NCBI GenBank assembly: GCA_964484325.1
Contig: CAZAEE010000006.1
Location: 1,932-65,931 of the forward strand
Origin: an uncultured Gammaproteobacteria bacterium
GTDB lineage: Bacteria; Patescibacteriota; Microgenomatia; UBA1406; GWC2-37-13
DNA: 64,000 nucleotides
Direction of reading: 5' to 3'
The translations under genes and the position numbers were made by a program. Positions 27,866 to 35,972 of the stretch are shown here, piece by piece (positions within the stretch are counted from its first letter, which is position 1; every line of letters starts with the position of its first letter). The notes below the pieces were generated by a model. The model was not told the DNA's origin. It did no database searches and saw only the letters and a list, made by a program, of their open reading frames with translations.

Positions 27866-30073
27866 ATACTGCTGCAGTGAGAGGTTCGCCATCAAGAAAC
27901 AAACAATAGACTCGGCTCCTTCATTTTGATTCACTCCTCGTAAATTTAAGCCATCATGAACACCTTTTGTTTCAAGATCATAGATATACCGATGATTTCT
28001 ATTACTTCCAAAAAACCATTCAAATGCCAGTAAGGCCTTATTAACGTACTGCTTGTCGTTGACTGCTTGTGCTGCAAATATATACGCCTCTACTGCTCCT
28101 CCTGCCTCAAGTGGTTGCTGATCGTAATCTGCTTTTGACTGTCCTTTTTTGAACCACCCTTCTTGCCCGATAAAATCAAAATAACCCTTCTTTGAATTAA
28201 AGTTACAGGCTGTAATAAACTCAAGCGTTGCCAAGGCAACTTCTTTATACTTTTTATTTTGAGTTACCATATAAGCTGCAAAAAGTGACTGGGGTAAACG
28301 AAAGTTATCGTAGGTTATGATATCTTCAAACCATTGCCACTCCTTGTCTGATGATTTCGTATATGCTTCAACAAGAAAATCTGCCAATGTTATCAGATTA
28401 CTCATCGCAGCCTGTGATTTATCGGTTTTGTTTTGATACGTAATGATGTAATAATATAATCCTAGAATTGAGTATGAGGCAGTCCGTAAATCTCGGATAT
28501 GTTTTAGCTGATCAAGACTTGTATTGAAAATTGAGTGAATAGGTTGAGTTAAGGTAGTATCTTTATTTCGATATAGGTATACTCCCAAAGCCCAGATTGC
28601 TTTTCCAAAAGTATCAGCGTTGTCTTGACTATCAGTCCAATTCCGGTGAAAATTAAGAAAATTGTGGAATTTGCCATCTGATTCTTGTGCATATTCTAAG
28701 AAACTTAGATAAATATTGATCAGTTGAGGAATATTGTTAGTTTTTATCTGATCAGATAGTTGATTATTTAGATGAGATACAACGATTAAAGCTCTCGCAT
28801 TGTCATCGGTACTGTATCCAAATTTTCTGTTGGGAATAATATGATGCGCGTGTTGAATAATACCTACGGAGTCTGTTAAATGAGCTAAATAGGCTATATC
28901 GATCGGACTAGTAATGAACTTTTTAGTCTTTAACTTTATATCTCTCTCTTGTTGAAGTACTCGGGTGTATAAACTACTATGTTTTTTAGCTACGTTTGAC
29001 CACTGCATTTCTTTTCGCAGGGCCTGTGCTTTTAACTCTTTATTATGTCTCTTCTCAGGTTTGTTATATAAATCGGCAATTGCACCTGCAATAGCATCCT
29101 TATCCCGAAACGGTACCAGCGTGCCGCGGCCGTTTGCTAAGATATTTTTGGCATACACATACTCGGTTGAGATACACGCTTTTCCAGCTCCGATAGCATA
29201 GGACAAAGTACCTGAGGTTATTTGTTGTGGATCCAAGTACGGGGTAATATATACATCAGTTGCCGCCAATAAAAGCTGTAACTCTTCTAGGGGGACGTAC
29301 TTATTTTTGAAAACAACATGCTTTTCTAAATGTAATTTTTTAACCAACTCAATAAGCTCATTACGGTAAGATTCTCCTTCGCTAATTTTGACAAGTGGAT
29401 GTGTTTCGCCGATGATCAAAAAAACAAGGGAAGGAATTTGGGACGAAACTTTCGCAACTGCTTCAATAGCGTACTCAATGCCTTTATTGCGACTCAGAAG
29501 ATTGTTTGCAAGTAAAATAAACTTATTTGAAAAACCGATGAGCTTTTTGGCTTTCTTGTTATCCATATCAACAATAGGTGCTCCATGTAAAATAATGTCA
29601 ATATCAGATGAGTCAATGCCATAAATTGACTTGATGCGATCTTTAGCAATTTCATCCATGACGATTATTTTTCGGCTTAACCGAGCAAGTTCTTGTATAA
29701 TTCGTCTTTGGTTTGCTGAAGGAGTAAGTAGAATCGTATGAAACGTTGTAAAAAGAGGTTTTGTTATTTCTGAGGCAAACTCCAGGATAAACTCACCATC
29801 ACGTCCTCCATAAAGCCCAAACTCATGTTGAATATGAACAATCTCAGTTTCACTGGTATTAACAAAATGAGCACCCGTATGGTATTCTTCAATTTTCTCC
29901 TGTTCAATAGTCCGCGTGACGGGGTCAGAATAAGAAAGGGGAATAATCGGGTTGTCCATGGCAATGATAGAGACAGTGTCTCCTTGATGCTGTAACTCCA
30001 TAGCCAGATCTCGCGTGTACGTGGCGATGCCACATTTTCTTGGTATAAATGATGACACAAATGTAATATGCAT
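27851..30073 (-). CDS. GT4 glycosyltransferase fused to a C-terminal (alpha/alpha)6-toroid-like domain
   Basis: MHITFVSSFIPRKCGIATYTRDL plus a GT1/GT4 core. The C-terminal ~350 aa is helical-repeat, six-hairpin-like. ATG 30073 preferred over 30127. 15-nt 3-prime overlap with the GH130 gene. Confidence 0.75.
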   Translation of the reverse strand: MHITFVSSFIPRKCGIATYTRDLAMELQHQGDTVSIIAMDNPIIPLSYSDPVTRTIEQEKIEEYHTGAHFVNTSETEIVHIQHEFGLYGGRDGEFILEFASEITKPLFTTFHTILLTPSANQRRIIQELARLSRKIIVMDEIAKDRIKSIYGIDSSDIDIILHGAPIVDMDNKKAKKLIGFSNKFILLANNLLSRNKGIEYAIEAVAKVSSQIPSLVFLIIGETHPLVKISEGESYRNELIELVKKLHLEKHVVFKNKYVPLEELQLLLAATDVYITPYLDPQQITSGTLSYAIGAGKACISTEYVYAKNILANGRGTLVPFRDKDAIAGAIADLYNKPEKRHNKELKAQALRKEMQWSNVAKKHSSLYTRVLQQERDIKLKTKKFITSPIDIAYLAHLTDSVGIIQHAHHIIPNRKFGYSTDDNARALIVVSHLNNQLSDQIKTNNIPQLINIYLSFLEYAQESDGKFHNFLNFHRNWTDSQDNADTFGKAIWALGVYLYRNKDTTLTQPIHSIFNTSLDQLKHIRDLRTASYSILGLYYYIITYQNKTDKSQAAMSNLITLADFLVEAYTKSSDKEWQWFEDIITYDNFRLPQSLFAAYMVTQNKKYKEVALATLEFITACNFNSKKGYFDFIGQEGWFKKGQSKADYDQQPLEAGGAVEAYIFAAQAVNDKQYVNKALLAFEWFFGSNRNHRYIYDLETKGVHDGLNLRGVNQNEGAESIVCFLMANLSLQQYLKKA

Positions 30074-30101
30074 AAGTATTGATAGTAATTTTAAACGACT
30101 T

Positions 30102-30323
30102 TTATTTAGGTAAGCTCTCCTTTTCAAGTGCTTTAGTATATTCTGTCTCGGTAATCACATGCGCATCACTGATAACTTGATCTACAGAATAAGGAATGCC
30201 TGATGTAGTTTGACTGAATATCTCATTTGTATCGATATCCAAATCAAGCTTTATGTAGACCTTGCTTTCACTTACAAAATATGCTGGAAAATTCAGCTCA
30301 TACCCAGTCTTACTGGAGTCCAT
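30102..30323 (-). CDS. Small hypothetical protein (73 aa)
   Basis: ORF only; upstream of and co-oriented with the GT4 gene. Confidence 0.35.
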   Translation of the reverse strand: MDSSKTGYELNFPAYFVSESKVYIKLDLDIDTNEIFSQTTSGIPYSVDQVISDAHVITETEYTKALEKESLPK

Positions 30324-30397
30324 GTAGTCACCATTCTTTCTACTTTAAGTATACACCTATTTTAATTTTTGCGAGAGGAATCAACGTGGTAAGCAGA

Positions 30398-31918
30398 TTA
30401 CTGCGTATCCACCAAATCGTCATACTTTATGCTTAATGCCGCAATAACTAGCGAGTAGTCTTGGGTATCGATAACTCCATCAAGGTTCAGATCAGCGTTC
30501 GTAAGAATAGTCGAATCTGTCTGACCGAAGTTTTGCCTGATATAAGACGTATCTTCTGAGTCAATGACGCCATTCTGGTGACCGTTGGTGATTGGTAAAT
30601 CTCCCGCAAGAAGCAGTATTCCGGTAAAGTCGAGCGTATTTACGCCTTGGGTGAGTGGAATGTTGTCGTAATTGCAGTGATAGTATCCGCCGGCGGTCTC
30701 AGTTGGAACCGCATCACAAATACGTTTTTGAAGGTGCTTGGGACCTTTCAGATAAATAGAAAATGTTGGTAACTGAGGCGGACTGCCAATTGGCACAAGA
30801 AGCGATAGTTCCACACTACCAATCCAATCAGGCTTTGACGCACTCGGTTGAAAGCACACAGTTTTTACAATAGGTGTGTCTAAACTGGCACCCGTAACTG
30901 TCAATAAAAAATTCTGACAGAAGTTTGGCGGATACGACCCCGACGTCGTAATGCCTTGTTCGCGAACATTCATAATGAGTGTTGTGTTTGTGGTCGGTGT
31001 CGGGAACGGAGTAGAAGTGGGTGTTTCTCTTGGAGGAGGTGTTTCCGTCGGGATAGGTGAGGTAACCGGACCGATTGGTGGCGTATCGGTGGGAAACGCC
31101 GCCTGGATGAGATTTTTCCGACAGATTGTCCCAACAACCCGTTTATAAATGGCAACATCCTGTATGGTCGTACAGCCGTCACCGTTGGCATCAGTTGCTC
31201 CCATTTGGCAATCCCCAAACTGGTTCACGATTGAGTTATAGTCAACGATATTGACTACGCCGTCAACATTGGTATCGATCAGACACCCATACTCTTCAAT
31301 GATTATTTGACTTACCTTAACATCGGCTGACTGTCCTCTAATTACTACTGTGTGTTGACCCGGTGCTAAAGAAAATGCTTTCGGATTAAATTTATTCACT
31401 CCGGCCGCATTACTTCCTCTCCAAGCCACAGTACGCGTCTGGAATCCGTTTGTTGCCTGAATATCCCATATCATAGATATATCAGGCTCGCCATCTATAT
31501 TGACATATAGACCACCTGCGGCGTTTGGTTCCTGGACGTTAACCAGCATCTTAACAATAAATTCTTCATTTGAAGCAAACTGCGACGGTGACGTAACTAC
31601 TGGTGGAACAGTGAACGAATATATCGCTTCGCCGCCTTGATCAGGATCTACGGTTGGGTTGGGGTTTGGCTGATAAACATATCCGGGGGTTGTTGCGCCA
31701 CTTGATACAAAAGGGGCGGTAATCAGACCATTCTCAGCATCGATGACAGCGATAGGTGGTGTTGGAGTCAGAGTAGGTGTGTTGTTAATCTGTGCTCGAC
31801 CGTAAGGATTCACGGGACTTTGATTAATGCGAAGCGAGAGAAACGTAAAGATGGTCACCGAAAGTAACATCAGCAAAAGAAAAGGGAGAGCTCTATTTCG
31901 GGACCGTTTCGTACTCAT
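30398..31918 (-). CDS. Secreted protein: TM anchor, PT linker, CBM-like domain, internal dockerin pair, PT linker, unknown domain, C-terminal dockerin pair
   Basis: N-terminal 270 aa paralogous to 24019-25965. DTNVDGVVNIVDYNSI, DANGDGCTTIQDVAIY, NGHQNGVIDSEDTSYI, DLNLDGVIDTQDYSLV. Confidence 0.65.
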   Translation of the reverse strand: MSTKRSRNRALPFLLLMLLSVTIFTFLSLRINQSPVNPYGRAQINNTPTLTPTPPIAVIDAENGLITAPFVSSGATTPGYVYQPNPNPTVDPDQGGEAIYSFTVPPVVTSPSQFASNEEFIVKMLVNVQEPNAAGGLYVNIDGEPDISMIWDIQATNGFQTRTVAWRGSNAAGVNKFNPKAFSLAPGQHTVVIRGQSADVKVSQIIIEEYGCLIDTNVDGVVNIVDYNSIVNQFGDCQMGATDANGDGCTTIQDVAIYKRVVGTICRKNLIQAAFPTDTPPIGPVTSPIPTETPPPRETPTSTPFPTPTTNTTLIMNVREQGITTSGSYPPNFCQNFLLTVTGASLDTPIVKTVCFQPSASKPDWIGSVELSLLVPIGSPPQLPTFSIYLKGPKHLQKRICDAVPTETAGGYYHCNYDNIPLTQGVNTLDFTGILLLAGDLPITNGHQNGVIDSEDTSYIRQNFGQTDSTILTNADLNLDGVIDTQDYSLVIAALSIKYDDLVDTQ

Positions 31919-31987
31919 TTAATAATCAATATATATGTCTTCAGAGTAATAAAAAACCGGTTAGCTGTCAATGCTTTGAAGAGATAG

Positions 31988-32713
31988 TTAGTTCATTTCT
32001 TGACCACGTTGAGCCAGTTGATGAAGCTCTTTCACAACAGACACCGTCAAGTTTACTCCATCATAGGTGAACCTCAATCCAAGCGGTGACGATAAGGTAT
32101 TGGTGATATATAAATTTTGACGCGCACTGCCGACTGGATCTGTGGGAGTATCGTAAATTGACACACCGTATTGAGCCGGTACTTCAGGAATCACCGCAAA
32201 ATCATGGCGTACCGGTGCTTCCACTTTCAGTCCCGCGTCCTGAGCCGCCCAGTTGATTAGCGACGCCAAATGACACACTCCATCTCCCATTAAGTAACCA
32301 TCTGACTCAAATCCTTCAGTTTCATTAAAATGGGCATGGGTCGTCGACTCGATTTTTCCATCATATTGAGGCATAACCGTATCATGATAGGCAAAAGTTT
32401 TACCCGGGTCGATGATGACGGTGAAGTCATTTGGCTCACGTACTTTATTCCAACTGATGTCACGTTGATTTTTCACCTGACCATGCAAGTAGGCAAGCGT
32501 TAAAAGGATGTTATCTTTAAAAACAGAGTTAACGAACGTGTTGCCATAGCGTTTATCAAGCGACATGGTTTTGTGACCAAGTACGACTTGAACCTGGGGA
32601 AGAGGCTCGACATTTTTCAGCGCGCAAAAGATGACCACAAGCGCGGCCGCGACAATATACATGAGTTTGTTAAGACTGTTCATAAGGTTTTTTTCGAGGC
32701 AAAAACAAGACAT
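31988..32713 (-). CDS. VanW-like protein, membrane anchored
   Basis: GDGVCHLASLINWAAQDAGLKVEAPVRHDF resembles the VanW G-G-G-V-C-Q motif region. The start may be 32683. Confidence 0.55.
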   Translation of the reverse strand: MSCFCLEKNLMNSLNKLMYIVAAALVVIFCALKNVEPLPQVQVVLGHKTMSLDKRYGNTFVNSVFKDNILLTLAYLHGQVKNQRDISWNKVREPNDFTVIIDPGKTFAYHDTVMPQYDGKIESTTHAHFNETEGFESDGYLMGDGVCHLASLINWAAQDAGLKVEAPVRHDFAVIPEVPAQYGVSIYDTPTDPVGSARQNLYITNTLSSPLGLRFTYDGVNLTVSVVKELHQLAQRGQEMN

Positions 32714-32798
32714 TATTATATCATACTATAGGATATTCTTCAAGACTCTTCCTATGCCCTTTACATTTGGTTAAAAATGCTTTATCTTGAAGAAATAT

Positions 32799-33518
32799 AT
32801 GAAAAAAAGACGCGGCTTTCGCTTGGCTGCCGGACATTTTATGGTTGCGGCCGCAGTACTGCTCCTAGGCACGTTTTTTGCGGTTGTTGGCTCATTTACC
32901 AGCCACGGAACAGCCTCATCTTCCTGTGCCAACGCAGTAAGCTGCATTAAAGACCTGACTGGCAAGTTCGAAGCTACCCAAACAGGTACGTTTATGGGTA
33001 AACAGATCAACTCTCCGTCTGAGTCTACGGATAATACTTCAGGCCAGGCTGTTTTAGGAGATCAAGCAGGAGTGGGAAAACATATTTATATTGATCTTAC
33101 CCATCAGATGCTTTATGCCTATGAAGGTGACCATCTTATTTATTCATTCCTCGTTTCGACCGGAAAATGGGCTTATACACCGACAGGTGATTTTCATATC
33201 TGGATAAAACTCCGCTATACAAGGATGGTCGGCGGCAACCCGGCAATTGGCACGTACTACAACTTACCCAACGTCCCGTATACCATGTACCTTTATAACG
33301 ATGAACATCCGAAGACCCAAGGGTATGGTATTCATGGAGCTTACTGGCATAACAACTTTGGACATCCGATGAGTCATGGCTGTATCAATATGCGGATTGC
33401 TGACTCTGAACAACTATATGCTTGGGCCAGTCCATCGACCACTTCAACTGTCACATATGCTTCAGATTCAGATCCTGGTACACCAGTGACAATATACGGT
33501 CAAACTCCAAAAGAATAA
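32799..33518 (+). CDS. L,D-transpeptidase (YkuD domain)
   Basis: IHGAYWHNNFGHPMSHGCINM catalytic His/Cys motif. ATG 32799 preferred over TTG 32787. Confidence 0.85.
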   Translation: MKKRRGFRLAAGHFMVAAAVLLLGTFFAVVGSFTSHGTASSSCANAVSCIKDLTGKFEATQTGTFMGKQINSPSESTDNTSGQAVLGDQAGVGKHIYIDLTHQMLYAYEGDHLIYSFLVSTGKWAYTPTGDFHIWIKLRYTRMVGGNPAIGTYYNLPNVPYTMYLYNDEHPKTQGYGIHGAYWHNNFGHPMSHGCINMRIADSEQLYAWASPSTTSTVTYASDSDPGTPVTIYGQTPKE

Positions 33519-33541
33519 AACTTGCTATAATATAGTAGATA

Positions 33542-33615
33542 GCGCGCGTAGCTCAGCTGGCTAGAGCGTTTCATTGACATTGAAAAGGTCCCTGGTTCAA
33601 GTCCAGGCGTGCGCA
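33542..33615 (+). tRNA. tRNA-Val (anticodon GAC), 74 nt
   Basis: Acceptor GCGCGCG/CGTGCGC, anticodon loop TTGACAT, T-loop TTCAAGT. Confidence 0.93.
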
Positions 33616-33673
33616 CTTGATTTTGAATTTATAGTTCATTAGTATTAAATAATTATAATTTCGTAAATAATAT

Positions 33674-33877
33674 ATGGCACTATTGAGTAATAAACCTACT
33701 GTCATAGATGAAAAAGCGATTAAGATAATTTTGTCCATTATTTTTCTTGCTGGAGATGGAGCATTTTTTATTAATGCTATAATTAATCACCAAGGAATTG
33801 AATTTTACGGTCTTTATTTGGCTGGTATACTTGCTGTTGGTATACCACTCATATTGTCCAGAGGATACAGTAAATAG
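33674..33877 (+). CDS. Small membrane protein (67 aa, two hydrophobic helices)
   Basis: ORF and hydrophobicity only. Confidence 0.35.
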   Translation: MALLSNKPTVIDEKAIKIILSIIFLAGDGAFFINAIINHQGIEFYGLYLAGILAVGIPLILSRGYSK

Positions 33878-34071
33878 TTGAGATTTAATATCTCTTATCC
33901 TTTTTGAATCTAGAAATATAAATCAGGAGGGCGGTTTTCTCTTTGATATCGATTGATACAGTAAGATAGGTTCTAATTTCGTCCAGTTGGGTGCACTGAA
34001 ATTACTTTCACCTCTATAATTAGTTCAATATCAGCTTGACTCCACCTTCAAAATATGATATCCTATAGTAT

Positions 34072-34536
34072 ATGTTTGAATCACGAATTGGCCAGGCTTT
34101 TGAGTCTAAAAAGAGAGTTTTAACTGTTAGTGGTCTTATCAGTTTGGCAGCTATTGGCTCCATTAGCTTACTTCCTCATCAAGATGAACGAGTTCCTGCT
34201 GTGGTTATCAATAAGGAAGATGTTAACTTTAAAGAGCTGACTGAGAATAATTGTCAAGTTACGTTTGACGGACAAACCGGACCGGTCACAGGGCCATTCC
34301 GTGATATTGAAATACCCTTAAGAAAAGCGGTTGAGCCGATGTTTCCAGCCATCACTACATCTGTCCAATGTGGTTTTTCAACAAATGCTGGACCAAAACC
34401 TTCTCAACCTGAGGTTTATTTACTTGATCTTAATAACTGCGCTGATGAAAGTACCAAACCTGAGTGTAACTATACGGTTGCAGTTGATAAACAAACATTT
34501 GAAAAAAATAGTATCGGTAGTCAGTTCCAGCCTTGA
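34072..34536 (+). CDS. Membrane-anchored hypothetical secreted protein
   Basis: TM anchor. TTGACT-N17-TATCCT lies 7 nt before the ATG. Contains a ...SVQC... element like the repeats of the next gene. Confidence 0.5.
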   Translation: MFESRIGQAFESKKRVLTVSGLISLAAIGSISLLPHQDERVPAVVINKEDVNFKELTENNCQVTFDGQTGPVTGPFRDIEIPLRKAVEPMFPAITTSVQCGFSTNAGPKPSQPEVYLLDLNNCADESTKPECNYTVAVDKQTFEKNSIGSQFQP

Positions 34537-34567
34537 CAATTTTTATTAAACTCGCTAGCATGGTTTC

Positions 34568-35923
34568 ATGCGCAGACATTCTATAAGCAATTTTGAAGTT
34601 GGTGGTTTATTAGTACTTCTTCTTTTATCAATAGTGGTTGGGGTATTTTCTCTCAGACAAAACTTATCGAACAACTCTTCTGCGCAAATTAACACCAATT
34701 CATCTCCGTCAACGAGCAACGAGCCGCTAATTAAAATTGATGTAAAAGATCCTCCTCCTTTAAATCTTGATACGCTGCCTCCTGAGCAAAAAGCGAAGTA
34801 TGTGACTGTCACCTATCCAAAGGGTGATAGACCTACTGTCGATCATCTCTGGGTAAATGTAATTAATACGAGTATTTCTCCCTTTGTCACAGTCACGTAT
34901 ATTACTTTTTCTCAAAATAACCAGCGTGACAATGTGTATTCGGATCTCCAGCCACCAAATGGTTCACTTGGAAATTGGCCACTCATTCCAGCATTTGAGT
35001 GCAATTCGGGTTCCGTGGGCACTGTAGTAATTCATTACCGATTTGCCAACGGCTTTTCTACGGCGATCTCTAACACGGTCCAGTGTAGTTCTATTAACTC
35101 ATATAATTTGATTGAAAATAGATTCGATCACGTGACAATTACAAACACAATTTCTCCCTATGTAGTTTTAAACAGAATCACATTTGCCGAGACAAATATA
35201 CCTTTTTATGATGAAAATAACATCAACCATTTTATGTACCCATCACTTCCTCCGGAGACGCGAATATTAAACTGCGATAGGACAGGTGTTGGTCCACCTA
35301 TTAATACGTTTCGAGTTTATATTCACACCTCAGATAACGCTCCTCACGATTACTCCCGCAATAATATTTTATGTGGTCAGGATATAGACGTCACATTTTA
35401 CCCAAGCCAGTTTCCATCGATCACGCCAGTACCTTCTCCCGCATATATCAACTTTTCTGCTCAGAACATAGATATTTCACCGTATCTGATCTGGGATACA
35501 CTAAGCTATAATACTGTTACTTTGAATGTCGGTCTGCAAGTTAACCAAGGCAATACCTCGCCTACTTTAAATATCGGCTGCCAACCGGGAACTTCTTATA
35601 CCACACAGATTACCTATCATGTCCCGCCAGAACCCATTTCTCAAAGACACTCATCTCCTATTACAGGTTTGGGATGCCCGGCCAATGCACCTTTCTATTT
35701 ATTTAACCCCACACCAACACCTCAACATCAGCTGCAGTGTCCATCTAGCCCATCAGACTGCACCCATATGTTTCCTTGTGATGGAAGTCATAATGGCAAC
35801 TGCGGACGCCTAGCAGGAGGATACTGTACTCATGACAACGCCTGCCCAGAGAGCGGTAATAATGTCTGCTGCGGACTGGGTTTGCAGCCACATTCAGGCG
35901 GTTCATCAAATACTTCACAATAA
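34568..35923 (+). CDS. Membrane-anchored protein with three tandem ~95-100-aa Cys-paired repeats and an 8-Cys C-terminal knot
   Basis: Repeats start VNVINTSISPFVTVTY / HVTITNTISPYVVLNR / YINFSAQNIDISPYLIW, each with two Cys. Tail is CPSSPSDCTHMFPCDGSHNGNCGRLAGGYCTHDNACPESGNNVCC. Confidence 0.6.
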   Translation: MRRHSISNFEVGGLLVLLLLSIVVGVFSLRQNLSNNSSAQINTNSSPSTSNEPLIKIDVKDPPPLNLDTLPPEQKAKYVTVTYPKGDRPTVDHLWVNVINTSISPFVTVTYITFSQNNQRDNVYSDLQPPNGSLGNWPLIPAFECNSGSVGTVVIHYRFANGFSTAISNTVQCSSINSYNLIENRFDHVTITNTISPYVVLNRITFAETNIPFYDENNINHFMYPSLPPETRILNCDRTGVGPPINTFRVYIHTSDNAPHDYSRNNILCGQDIDVTFYPSQFPSITPVPSPAYINFSAQNIDISPYLIWDTLSYNTVTLNVGLQVNQGNTSPTLNIGCQPGTSYTTQITYHVPPEPISQRHSSPITGLGCPANAPFYLFNPTPTPQHQLQCPSSPSDCTHMFPCDGSHNGNCGRLAGGYCTHDNACPESGNNVCCGLGLQPHSGGSSNTSQ

Positions 35924-35972
35924 ATCGCTCTTTTTCTCATGAATTCGTAAGAAAAAGTATATAATATGTCTT

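Noticed and set aside
11760-31080. Short repetitive DNA at 11760-11830, 16190-16260, 25080-25140 and 31010-31080, considered as possible CRISPR-like or tandem repeats
   Set aside because: They encode Pro/Thr linkers inside ORFs (ccN/acN codon runs). There is no repeat-spacer periodicity and there are no cas genes.
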